NCBI GenBank assembly: GCA_965228885.1
Contig: OZ245841.1
Coordinates: 483,716 to 547,715, forward strand
Direction: 5' to 3'
DNA length: 64,000 nucleotides
Source of the DNA: Rickettsiales bacterium
Lineage (GTDB): Bacteria > Pseudomonadota > Alphaproteobacteria > Rickettsiales > CANDYO01
The notes beneath the pieces are model-generated. The model ran no database searches, was not told the DNA's origin, and was given only the letters and a program-made list of their open reading frames with translations. The position numbers and the translations under genes were made by a program. The first letter of the stretch is position 1. Every line of letters starts with the position of its first letter. Below are positions 31,841 through 41,037 of the stretch, piece by piece.

Positions 31841-32794
31841 CTATCTTCTCATGCCTTTATCTGCTTTTCTTTTTTGTCCTCTAACCGTGGATACAGCGGT
31901 ACTTTGTATTGAGCTAAGTTTTTCTCTCATTTTGCTAGCCATTGATTTAGCTTTTTGAGCTGCTCTGCTTCTCAAGCTATCTTTTCCTAAGGTTTTACCT
32001 ATGTTTTTAGCCATATTTCTAAGATTGTCATGTTGATCGTGATTTTTTCCTATTATTTTTATTGGAGGAGCCACCTTACCAATTGCTTTTTGATATTCCC
32101 GCAGCACTTTATTTGCTTCCTTTAAGTCTTCTTGATTTGGTCCTCTAGTTTCTTTCACCAACAGACCTATTTCCTCTTCGGCCTTTGGGTCCTTTGACTC
32201 TTTTAGGGCTTTAATTTTTTGAACCGCTATAGCGGGGTATTGAGATATTTCTTCTCCTCTATATATTTCTTTTCCTTGCATTAATTGAGTAGCTTTATAT
32301 ATGTTGTTCTCTTCAAGAAAATTATTTATTTCAGTAATTTTTTCGTTAGATAATTTTGCTGGATCTGCTAGAGAAATAGCAGCAGTTTTTGGTATTTTCT
32401 CTGTAAGATTTTTTTCTTCTTGCTCATATTGATTATCTGTAAAGCGGAATGCTTGCAAATTGAGATTTATTTGTTTGTCAATAATAAAATTTCTCATTCC
32501 ATCTGTTAGCTCTTTGGAGCTATCTAATCTAGAGTTTTGAGATTTATATCCCAAGGATTTAGCTAGTTTGATAGCTGCATTTGTCGCATTTTGCTTCTTT
32601 GTGACTAACTCCTCGCCTGCTGTAGCAAGGGTTTCTTCTCTTTCTTGCAGTAATTGTTGTTGCTCTATCGTTGTAGACATTTTCAGTAATTGCGCTTTCT
32701 CATTTAGAGCAAATTCAATTTTCTGAAGCTGTGATTTATAGTCTTTACAAGCTTTCTCAAATTCTTCTTTCTTAGTAGCTTCACTTTTTTTCAT
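31841..32794 (-). CDS. hypothetical Lys/Glu-rich coiled-coil protein with a basic C-terminus (orphan, 317 aa)
   Basis: Long ORF with no signal peptide. The C-terminus is ...TVRGQKRKADKGMRR. MITE-like clusters flank it on both sides. Confidence 0.6.
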   Translation of the reverse strand: MKKSEATKKEEFEKACKDYKSQLQKIEFALNEKAQLLKMSTTIEQQQLLQEREETLATAGEELVTKKQNATNAAIKLAKSLGYKSQNSRLDSSKELTDGMRNFIIDKQINLNLQAFRFTDNQYEQEEKNLTEKIPKTAAISLADPAKLSNEKITEINNFLEENNIYKATQLMQGKEIYRGEEISQYPAIAVQKIKALKESKDPKAEEEIGLLVKETRGPNQEDLKEANKVLREYQKAIGKVAPPIKIIGKNHDQHDNLRNMAKNIGKTLGKDSLRSRAAQKAKSMASKMREKLSSIQSTAVSTVRGQKRKADKGMRR

Positions 32795-32914
32795 AAACTA
32801 CTCTCTTAATTAAAAATTTCATAATAGAAAAATAATATTACAAGTTAATGAACAAAAGGTTAACATTTTATGCTTTAGTCACTATAAGGAGTAATCAGCC
32901 GCCGGTCATCCCCT

Positions 32915-33076
32915 CGTCATTCTTGAAAACCGATGGGTTTTCGAGAATCCAGTATAAATAAAACATTAGACTTTTTGTCTAATTCATCTTTCTTTTAAAT
33001 GTTCCCAGTGGTGGAACCTAAGACAAAACCAGACCCAACTGGATTCTCGTCAAACTGTTGTTTGACAAGAATGACG
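32915..33076 (+). mobile_element. MITE-like element, full copy C (162 bp), with an alternative 5'-arm hairpin
   Basis: Same brackets and interior as copies A and D, but the 5' arm carries gaaaacc-gatg-ggttttc instead of gctaaac-tgcaa-gtttagc. Confidence 0.8.
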
Positions 33077-33185
33077 CAATTTATCGCCTAAGGGTAATCT
33101 TCGCCCATTACCTAAGAGCAATTAGTCGTCACCCATCTTTCCCCATGGGGCATCTAAGAGTAATTAGCCGCCGGTCATCCCCTCT

Positions 33186-33346
33186 CGTCATTCAGAGCTA
33201 AACTGCAAGTTTAGCGTGGAATCCAGTATAAATAAAACATTAGACTTTTTGTCTAATTCATCTTTCTTTTAAATATTCCCAGTGGAACCTAAGGCAAAAC
33301 CAGACCCAACTGGATTCTCGTCAAACTGTTGTTTGACAAGAATGAC
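33186..33346 (+). mobile_element. MITE-like element, full copy D (161 bp)
   Basis: Both arms are identical to copy A. The interior matches copy C apart from a 3-bp indel and a few substitutions. Confidence 0.8.
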
Positions 33347-33376
33347 GCAATTAGTCGTCCACCTCCCCCCACCTTC

Positions 33377-33421
33377 CGTCATTCAGAGCTATGAGGTGTT
33401 AACCGAATAGCGTGGAATCCA
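33377..33421 (+). repeat. solo 5' arm of the MITE-like element (variant b hairpin)
   Basis: cgtcattcagagctatgaggtgttaaccgaatagcgtggaatcca, equal to the arm at 31758..31803. Confidence 0.7.
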
Positions 33422-33495
33422 TCCTTAAACTTTATGCTAGTAAATTTTAAGAATCCAGATAAAATACAGCTAATTAACTAATCAATTATTGTTTT

Positions 33496-34254
33496 ATGGC
33501 TGAAGAGAGAATTGCTAAAATCATTGCCAGAGCTGGAATTTGCTCCAGACGAGAAGCTGAAAGACTTATCACCGAAGGTAGAGTAACTTATAAAGGAGAA
33601 GTAATTGAAACTCCTGCGCTTAAATTCACCTGTATGAAGGGCATTAAAGTTGATGGATATTCTTTAGAAAAGCCCCAAAGTAAATTATGGTTATACCATA
33701 AGCCATTTGGGCTAATAGTTTCCCATCAAGATGACCAAGGAAGGGAAACAATCTTTGATAATCTCCCCATCAATGAAAGAGTCATTTCTGTGGGTAGGTT
33801 AGATAAAAACACCTCAGGTCTTCTGCTTTTAACCAATGATGGAGAATTAGCCAGAAAGCTAGAGCTTCCAGAAAATAATTTCAAACGTGTATATATGGTT
33901 AGGGTTTTTGGTCAGCTTAATTTCCCTCTAATAAAAAAAGAATTATCAAAGCCAATCACCATAGATGGCGTAACTTATCGCCCAGTAAAAATTGAATTAG
34001 AACATAAAGGCCCACAAAACCACTGGCTTCGCTTAACCATAACAGAAGGAAAAAACCGAGAAATTCGTAATATTCTCAATCATTTTGATCTTAGGATTAA
34101 TAAACTTATCCGTATCCAATACGGCCCCTTCGAATTGCTAGATCTAAAATTAGAGCATGTTTATGAAGTGAGCGATTGGAAAAAAGTCCTGAAAAATAAG
34201 TTAATTCAAGGAACTAGTGCAACAAAAAAGTTTTTTAAAGAAAATATATTGTGA
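33496..34254 (+). CDS. rluB: RsuA/RluB-family rRNA pseudouridine synthase
   Basis: N-terminal S4-like RIAKIIARAGICSRREAERLI and catalytic GRLDKNTSGLLLLTNDGEL. Confidence 0.85.
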   Translation: MAEERIAKIIARAGICSRREAERLITEGRVTYKGEVIETPALKFTCMKGIKVDGYSLEKPQSKLWLYHKPFGLIVSHQDDQGRETIFDNLPINERVISVGRLDKNTSGLLLLTNDGELARKLELPENNFKRVYMVRVFGQLNFPLIKKELSKPITIDGVTYRPVKIELEHKGPQNHWLRLTITEGKNREIRNILNHFDLRINKLIRIQYGPFELLDLKLEHVYEVSDWKKVLKNKLIQGTSATKKFFKENIL

Positions 34255-34300
34255 ATATGCTATGCTGTAACAATCGTTAATAATAAAAAGGAGATATAAA

Positions 34301-34627
34301 ATGATTGACTATTCTGATTGCTCAAGTGAAATGCTTTTGATCAAAAAATTGAATATTATTGATGGAGCCTTCAATAATCTAAAGAAGTCTATAACAAAAT
34401 TTTTAGATAATGGATCTTTTAACACTTATAAAGAGGAGATCCTCCCCCAGATGGATTCAATAAATTCAGATTTACAGAATTTATATATGGGAAAATCTAT
34501 TTATGACCTTGTTGAAAACTGCCATAGAGACATAATATCAAATTATATTTCCAGTTCAAATACAGCATCTATCAATAACTGTATTGGGCAAATAGAAATT
34601 CAGGCGGCAGAATATTGCAGCAGCTAA
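34301..34627 (+). CDS. hypothetical protein (108 aa)
   Basis: ORF with AGGAG 8 nt upstream. No recognisable motif. Confidence 0.45.
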   Translation: MIDYSDCSSEMLLIKKLNIIDGAFNNLKKSITKFLDNGSFNTYKEEILPQMDSINSDLQNLYMGKSIYDLVENCHRDIISNYISSSNTASINNCIGQIEIQAAEYCSS

Positions 34628-34649
34628 CAGCTTCTAAAGATAAACTGTT

Positions 34650-35285
34650 TTAATGATCTAACCCATACATGCAATAAGCATATGCAGCCCCAGCCCCATC
34701 ATCACAAGACTGTGCTTCAAAACATCCTCCATCAGAGCTGTAGCTTATGTATATTCTCTCACCTCTACAACTTCCATCATGATTGAAGGCTGCCCATATA
34801 ATACATTTTTGTGCCTGCTGGAACATTTCTGCTAATGAAGTTGAACCAGTAGCAATCAAAGTTGGGCTAGTATCAGAAGTGCTAGTACATGAGTAAGATG
34901 AACCTAATGTTCCAATTGGAGTATAAGTTCCACCACTAGCATCTAACTCATTCACCGCCTTTGATAAATCTTTATTTGTGGTGGTTAAGTCTGTATTTCC
35001 AACTTTCTTCTTAAGGTAAATATCGCTTGGAGTTTCTCCTCCGGCTGCAGTAACTGCCGCGCTTATGGAGTCAGCCACTGCTTGCGGTGGAGGGCTATTT
35101 TCTAAACCTGCTTTAGTTGAAAAACTGCAACCACATAATTTATCAAGTTTGGTTAAAAGCTCAGGAATATTATTAGAATACTGTGTCAGCATCTTCTGGG
35201 CAAGTCTTAAGTCATCCTTATCATAACTAAACACTGTATTTATTGCGTTATTAAAAAACGTTTGTTCCTCTGCTGTTATTGCCAT
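34650..35285 (-). CDS. hypothetical protein with a Cys-rich C-terminal half (211 aa)
   Basis: ORF with AGGAG about 9 nt upstream, 30 nt downstream of the OMP gene on the same strand. No signal peptide recognised. Confidence 0.5.
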   Translation of the reverse strand: MAITAEEQTFFNNAINTVFSYDKDDLRLAQKMLTQYSNNIPELLTKLDKLCGCSFSTKAGLENSPPPQAVADSISAAVTAAGGETPSDIYLKKKVGNTDLTTTNKDLSKAVNELDASGGTYTPIGTLGSSYSCTSTSDTSPTLIATGSTSLAEMFQQAQKCIIWAAFNHDGSCRGERIYISYSSDGGCFEAQSCDDGAGAAYAYCMYGLDH

Positions 35286-35315
35286 TGTTTTTTACTCCTT
35301 TTTTAAAAACAAATT

Positions 35316-36041
35316 TTAGAATTTATATTTAACTCCAAGAGTTACTGCTTGCTCTCTTAGGTAACCAACTTTAGGCCCACTATCACTTTCGTAAATGGTT
35401 TCACCATCAGAATATACAAGCTTATATCCATTCTTTGTTTTAAATTTTCCACGATCAATATAGGCATATTCTATATTAGCATCTATTGATTTGGTTATGG
35501 CCATATTGCCACCAATGGCTGCCTGCCAAGCCAATTTTGTGCTTAAATTAGATCCCCAAAATTTTGAGTTTCTGGTAGAGGTATATTCATATTCACCCGC
35601 TTCATTCCTTGAGGCTCCAACACCAAGCTTCACATATGGCCTAACTGCAGCATCAGTTATTATATCAACCGCAGCATTAAGCATTAAAGTGTTAGCCTTA
35701 ACAGACCATTCATTAACAACAGCCCCTGCACTGGAAGTGTCTTTAATATCACTTTCTCCTCTGTTCATATATTCGAATTCAACAGCAAAGCGGTCTTTAA
35801 TTTTTCTTCCCACAGAGAATCCTAATGTATAATTTGCATCGGGTGACAACGCTTGTAAGTCAGTATTTCCATTGACTTTTAATGGAAAAATTCCACCTGC
35901 TCTACCGCCAACATAATTATAATCTGAATCTGTGCTCTCAGGCATAAATGAAAGCATCTTTGCGCTTGCGCTAGCTGTGGATAATAAAATCAATGAACTA
36001 ATGACTGCCTTAGCAGACCTGCTCATATTTACTTTAGTCAT
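35316..36041 (-). CDS. small outer-membrane beta-barrel protein (OmpA-like/OMP_b-brl type)
   Basis: Signal peptide ending ASASA-K, alternating amphipathic strands (FAVEFEYMNRG, PYVKLGVGASR, IDANIEYAYI) and a C-terminal YKF. Confidence 0.75.
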   Translation of the reverse strand: MTKVNMSRSAKAVISSLILLSTASASAKMLSFMPESTDSDYNYVGGRAGGIFPLKVNGNTDLQALSPDANYTLGFSVGRKIKDRFAVEFEYMNRGESDIKDTSSAGAVVNEWSVKANTLMLNAAVDIITDAAVRPYVKLGVGASRNEAGEYEYTSTRNSKFWGSNLSTKLAWQAAIGGNMAITKSIDANIEYAYIDRGKFKTKNGYKLVYSDGETIYESDSGPKVGYLREQAVTLGVKYKF

Positions 36042-36195
36042 AAAAACTCCTTTTTAAAAGGATTAATATAAGTTATTATTAAGCAATAAATAGTAGCAAG
36101 AGCAAAAAAAATTAGCAACTAAAAATCAACAGGAAAGGGCGATTATTTTAGCTATTTTTTGAGAAGTTGCGTTATTAATACATAGGAGGGCAATT

Positions 36196-36447
36196 ATGAT
36201 TTTTACAGATATATATCGTGGTGCTGAAAAGGCTCTAGCATTCACAATGATAGGGATGGTTATAAACTTTAATTATCCTATTAGTAAGTCCATTTTAAAA
36301 ACCGCAACTATAATTGCAGGAGTAAATTGTTTACTTGATTATAATTCTAAAAATTACGAGTCCATTGCTGCTTGCTCAATTATAGCTCCAATTTACTTAA
36401 TCCATAATACTTTCTTTGGCGAATCGAGTGCTGATTACTGTGAATAG
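36196..36447 (+). CDS. hypothetical small membrane protein (83 aa)
   Basis: AGGAGG 5 nt upstream and two hydrophobic segments. Confidence 0.45.
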   Translation: MIFTDIYRGAEKALAFTMIGMVINFNYPISKSILKTATIIAGVNCLLDYNSKNYESIAACSIIAPIYLIHNTFFGESSADYCE

Positions 36448-36449
36448 GT

Positions 36450-36839
36450 CTAAATTATAAACATATCGCTTAAATGAATTTTTAGTGATAAATCAAGCAC
36501 TGAATCAAATGCCAAAACTTCCCCTAATAAACAACTGCTCACTTTATCTGAATCATAACAAGGAATTTCTTGGGATTCTTTGAAGCATTTTTGCTCTTCA
36601 CCTTTATAGTATAAATCACCATCTCTTAAGGAATAACCAATCATAGCACCACTAATAATTAGCTTAGCAAAAGCTATTGAACGAACTGCATATTTATAAT
36701 CAACAATAAACTTATGGTGGTATTCTTGATTCTGAAATAGAGTTGAAGAAAAAAGAACAGACATAGAAATAAAATTACCAACCAATGGTGGAGAAGATAT
36801 TATAGCTCCCATATTGCTTAGCCTAAATACACTATTCAT
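36450..36839 (-). CDS. hypothetical membrane protein (129 aa)
   Basis: The start lies 2 nt after the parB stop on the same strand, and the protein has hydrophobic segments. No motif recognised. Confidence 0.4.
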   Translation of the reverse strand: MNSVFRLSNMGAIISSPPLVGNFISMSVLFSSTLFQNQEYHHKFIVDYKYAVRSIAFAKLIISGAMIGYSLRDGDLYYKGEEQKCFKESQEIPCYDSDKVSSCLLGEVLAFDSVLDLSLKIHLSDMFII

Positions 36840-36841
36840 AG

Positions 36842-37708
36842 TTATTTTATAGAACCAGTTAGCTTTCTAATAATCAAATCCAGTTCTTCTAATCCATCAC
36901 AAAATAATGATACTTTGGCTCCATCGTTATGGCAATCAACCTTAACTTTTATCTGCCCTCCAAGAGAAGCATTAAGCGCCTTCTCAATGGCTAATAAATC
37001 GTAATCATCTCCCATATGTTGTATGTATTTTTTACCAGAAGGCTTGGGAATTCTTGAGCTTTGTTTTGTCGATTTAATCAGCTGCTCAGTTTCTCTAACG
37101 TTAAGATCATTTTTTATAATTTGATCGGCAATTTCTTCAGCATTTGGAAGATTCATTAGTAACTTAGCATGTCCCACATTTATTGAGCCATCTTTAAGAT
37201 GCTTCTTCACCCCATCTGGCAAGCTAAGTAGCCTGATTAAATTGCCTATATGGCTTCTGCTTTTGCTAACCACAGCGCCCAGTTTCTCTTGGCTATAGCC
37301 ATATTCCTTTATCAGTTTGCTATAACTTTCAGCCTCTTCTAATGCAGATAAATCTTCACGCTGAACATTCTCTATCAAAGCCAACTCTAAAGACTTTAGC
37401 TCATCTGCATTCTTAATAATTGCTGGAATATAAGCTAATCCCAGGGCCTTAGAAGCTCTCCATCTTCTCTCTCCGGCAATAAGTTTATATTTACCAAAAT
37501 CTACAGGCCTAATTAAAATTGGCTGTAATACTCCATTTTGAGCGATTGAATTTTGCAGCTCTTCAAGCTCTTCTAATTTAAAATCAGTTCTTGGCTGACT
37601 AGAATTAGGAAAAATATCTGATATTAACACTTCACTTAATCTTTCATTTTCTTTGTCTGTATCTCCTATAAGAGCTGAAAGTCCTTTGCCTAAACCTCTT
37701 GATCTCAT
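36842..37708 (-). CDS. parB: chromosome partitioning protein ParB
   Basis: ParB box LIAGERRWRA and HTH region, with a 4-nt overlap with parA. Confidence 0.93.
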   Translation of the reverse strand: MRSRGLGKGLSALIGDTDKENERLSEVLISDIFPNSSQPRTDFKLEELEELQNSIAQNGVLQPILIRPVDFGKYKLIAGERRWRASKALGLAYIPAIIKNADELKSLELALIENVQREDLSALEEAESYSKLIKEYGYSQEKLGAVVSKSRSHIGNLIRLLSLPDGVKKHLKDGSINVGHAKLLMNLPNAEEIADQIIKNDLNVRETEQLIKSTKQSSRIPKPSGKKYIQHMGDDYDLLAIEKALNASLGGQIKVKVDCHNDGAKVSLFCDGLEELDLIIRKLTGSIK

Positions 37709-38484
37709 GATTTTTCCTCTTTTTCTAGAATTTCTTTAACTAACTCTATATATGCTAAAGACCCTGCGCATCTTACATCATAAATAATTGCTGGCTTTCC
37801 ATGCGATGGAGCTTCAGAAACTCGAACATTTCTAGGAATGATTGTGTTAAACACTGCGTCACCTAAATATCCCCTAACATCATCTTCTACTTGGGTGGTT
37901 AAGTTATAACGCCTATCATACATAGTTAGTAATACACCTTCTATGGACAGTCTTGGATTGAGCTTTTTCTGAACTAAATTGATAGTTTTTAATAGATGGC
38001 TTAATCCTTCTAGGGCAAAAAATTCGCATTGTAACGGTATTAAAACTGACTTTGCTATTACTAATGCATTCACAGTTAAAAGACCTAGAGATGGCGGGCA
38101 ATCAATAAAAATGTAATCATATTGATCAATAACCGGAGCTAATCTGTCTTTTAAAACAAACTCTCTGCCCTTTTCTTCCACCAACTCCACTTCAGCCCCT
38201 GAAAGGTCAACGGTAGCCACTACAACATCTATATTGTTAATTTCGCTAGATTTTATAACTTTCTTTGCTGGAGTTTTTTCCACTAACAAATCATAGACTG
38301 TTAAGTCTCTTTTGTCTCTATCAAATCCCATTCCTGTGCTAGCATTTCCCTGTGGATCAAGATCAACTAGCAAAACTTTATGGTCAATTGCAGCCATAGC
38401 TGTAGCTAAATTTACTGCAGTGGTTGTTTTTCCAACTCCACCTTTTTGATTGACAATTGCAATAATTTTAACATTTTTTATCAT
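37705..38484 (-). CDS. parA: chromosome partitioning ATPase ParA/Soj
   Basis: Deviant Walker A NQKGGVGKTTTAVNLA, 259 aa. Confidence 0.95.
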   Translation of the reverse strand: MIKNVKIIAIVNQKGGVGKTTTAVNLATAMAAIDHKVLLVDLDPQGNASTGMGFDRDKRDLTVYDLLVEKTPAKKVIKSSEINNIDVVVATVDLSGAEVELVEEKGREFVLKDRLAPVIDQYDYIFIDCPPSLGLLTVNALVIAKSVLIPLQCEFFALEGLSHLLKTINLVQKKLNPRLSIEGVLLTMYDRRYNLTTQVEDDVRGYLGDAVFNTIIPRNVRVSEAPSHGKPAIIYDVRCAGSLAYIELVKEILEKEEKS

Positions 38485-39046
38485 TATGTCTTAACTCTAA
38501 AACGCCCCCATCTTCGGAGGTTTGGCTTTTATGTATTATATACTGAAAACTCCATTTTTCTGAAGCCTTTTTTATTTCATCTCGAATATTTTTTCCCTTC
38601 AGCAGAATATACCTTGTGTTTTTCTTAGCTATTCCTTCAGTTAAAGAAAGAACATTGTCTAAACTTGCAAGCCCTCTAGCTGTTATCACATCACATTTAT
38701 CCACCTTCATTTCTTTAACATTTTTGCTATGAATGTTCACTTTGTTTTCTGAGATAGACCTTGCTACAGCTAGAAAATCAGCTTTCTTCTTTACTTTCTC
38801 AACAAGATTGACTTCCTTAATTCCAGCAAAAGAAAGCATTAACCCCGGGAAGCCAGCCCCAGAACCTATATCGTAAACAATCTCTGATTCTTTTATGTAA
38901 TTTGTAAGCTGTAATGAATCCAAGATATGCCTATCTACAAGCTCCTGCTTGTTTCTAATGGATACTAGATTTATTTTTTTATTCCAAGCTAGAAGCAATT
39001 CTATATATTTCTCGATTGCTCCACGTGGAGCATTTTTATAATCCAT
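38468..39046 (-). CDS. rsmG: 16S rRNA (guanine527-N7)-methyltransferase
   Basis: [13 protein letters not shown] motif, in the gidA-gidB-parA-parB order. Confidence 0.9.
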   Translation of the reverse strand: MDYKNAPRGAIEKYIELLLAWNKKINLVSIRNKQELVDRHILDSLQLTNYIKESEIVYDIGSGAGFPGLMLSFAGIKEVNLVEKVKKKADFLAVARSISENKVNIHSKNVKEMKVDKCDVITARGLASLDNVLSLTEGIAKKNTRYILLKGKNIRDEIKKASEKWSFQYIIHKSQTSEDGGVLELRHNDKKC

Positions 39047-40880
39047 ACTCTTTCCTTAAATAAACAACCAAAGACACAACCGCTGCTGGAGTCACCCCAG
39101 CTACTCTACTAGCCGCCCCTATGCTAAAAGGCTTGCTGGCATTGAGCTTCTCTTTTGCTTCATTAGAAAGACTCTCAATCAAGTTGTAATTTATATCAGC
39201 TGGAATTTGCATAGACTCATACTCTTTGAAAAGCTTAATATCTTCGCTTTGCCTTGCTAAATAAAATTGATATTTAGCTTCAGTAACAAGCCTAGACCTA
39301 ATATATTCTGGGATAAAGTCTAATTCTGGCCAAAATTTAAGAACATCTCTAAAGCCAATATTTGGATAAGCCAAAAGCCTAAAAGCTGATTTGTGCACTC
39401 CATCTTGAGCAATATTAATTCCATAGGAAGATAGCTTACTTGGAGTAGCGGTTAATTGCTGAAGCTTATTTCTTCCTTCGTTCAACAAAGATAAATTTTT
39501 CTCAAATATCTCTACTTGATCAGCAGACAAAAGACCTCTTGATATAGCCATATGTGAAAGTCGCAAATCGGCATTGTCTGCTCTTAAGGACAGTCGATAT
39601 TCAGACCTAGAAGTGAGTACCCTATAGGGCTCTGACGCACCAAAAGTTATTAGGTCGTCAATCATGACACCAATATATCCTTGAGATCTGTCAAGAATAA
39701 AACTTTCTGATGATCCGGCGTTTAACCCTGCAACCAATCCCTGGCCCGCCGCCTCTTCATAGCCGGTTGTACCATTAATTTGTCCCGCCAAAAACAAACC
39801 TTTAATCTTTTTGGTTTCCAGGGTTGGCTTTATCTCGCTTGGATGAACATGATCATATTCTATAGCATAGCCATATTTTAATACCCTAACATTCTCAAGT
39901 CCTAAAATTGTACGAAGAAACTCTAACTGAGCCTCTTCCGGCAAAGAAGTGGAAATTCCGCTAGGATAGATAACATCACTATCTAGACCTTCTGGCTCAA
40001 GAAAAATCTGATGCGATTTCTTATGAGCAAAACGAGTAATCTTATCTTCAATTGAGGGGCAATAGCGCGGACCATTCCCTTCAAACTCCCCCTGAAACAT
40101 AGGAGAATTATGAGCATTGTCCATGATAATTTGATGGCTCTTCTCATTAGTATGGGTGATATAACAATCAATTTGTGGCAGTTCTATTTTGTCAGTAAAA
40201 CTTGAAAAAGGCTTAGGAGGGTTGTCTCCTGGCTGCTTCTCTAAAAGATTCCAATTGATGCTACTGGCATCAAGCCTAGCAGGAGTGCCAGTCTTCAAGC
40301 GACCAAGCTTAAAACCTATTCTTTTTAAAGTATTTGCTAAACCAATGGACGGGTCTTCACCTGCTCTACCTGCTGGAATTTTTGTAGAGCCAACTCTAAT
40401 CAAACCATTTAAGAAAGTTCCTGTTGTTAGAATAACTTTAGAAGAAAAAATCTTCTCTCCATTTGCTAAAATAACAGCTTTAACCTCTTCGTTTTCAACA
40501 ACAAGGTCCTCAACTGAAGTATATTTAATTTCAAGATTCTTAGTTGCCGAAAGAATAGACTGCACAGCTTTACGGTATAAAACTCGATCAGCCTGGGCCC
40601 TCGGGCCATGCACCGCCGCACCTTTGCTGGCGTTTAAAATCTTAGAATGAATGCTTGCCTTATCAATGGCTCTGGCCATTACTCCACCAAGGGCATCCAC
40701 TTCCTTAACAATTATTCCCTTGGCAACTCCTCCAATGGAAGGATTACAGGACATTTCACCAAGATTATCCTGCTTTAATGTGATGAGTAAAGTATTAGCA
40801 CCAGACCTAGCAGCGCTAGAAGCAGCCTCAACACCTGCATGTCCACCGCCAATAATAATCACGTCATAGGAACTTGTCAT
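39036..40880 (-). CDS. mnmG: tRNA uridine 5-carboxymethylaminomethyl modification enzyme MnmG (GidA)
   Basis: N-terminal FAD fold [15 protein letters not shown], 614 aa, GidA-like throughout. Confidence 0.96.
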   Translation of the reverse strand: MTSSYDVIIIGGGHAGVEAASSAARSGANTLLITLKQDNLGEMSCNPSIGGVAKGIIVKEVDALGGVMARAIDKASIHSKILNASKGAAVHGPRAQADRVLYRKAVQSILSATKNLEIKYTSVEDLVVENEEVKAVILANGEKIFSSKVILTTGTFLNGLIRVGSTKIPAGRAGEDPSIGLANTLKRIGFKLGRLKTGTPARLDASSINWNLLEKQPGDNPPKPFSSFTDKIELPQIDCYITHTNEKSHQIIMDNAHNSPMFQGEFEGNGPRYCPSIEDKITRFAHKKSHQIFLEPEGLDSDVIYPSGISTSLPEEAQLEFLRTILGLENVRVLKYGYAIEYDHVHPSEIKPTLETKKIKGLFLAGQINGTTGYEEAAGQGLVAGLNAGSSESFILDRSQGYIGVMIDDLITFGASEPYRVLTSRSEYRLSLRADNADLRLSHMAISRGLLSADQVEIFEKNLSLLNEGRNKLQQLTATPSKLSSYGINIAQDGVHKSAFRLLAYPNIGFRDVLKFWPELDFIPEYIRSRLVTEAKYQFYLARQSEDIKLFKEYESMQIPADINYNLIESLSNEAKEKLNASKPFSIGAASRVAGVTPAAVVSLVVYLRKEYGL

Positions 40881-41037
40881 AAGAGCTTAAAACTTTAAAG
40901 AATAATCAATGGAATATAAGCTGTTAGGGGCAAAATGTCAAGTTCATTAACTTAAGCTTAACGGCAATGCTAAATAAGGATAGTTTTTAATAGTAAATAG
41001 GTGTATAGTAATAGTCATATAACCATCAATAGGAGGA

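Noticed and set aside
31361-33425. Possible CRISPR array (short conserved repeats separated by ~100-bp stretches)
   Set aside because: The putative spacers are themselves conserved between copies. The repeats alternate as inverted pairs rather than direct repeats, spacing is irregular, and no cas genes are present. The structure is a MITE-like palindromic element.
40189-40869. Plus-strand ORFs 40189..40650 and 40651..40869, and minus-strand ORF 39983..40171
   Set aside because: They are embedded in, or out of frame with, the well-supported mnmG gene and have no motifs.
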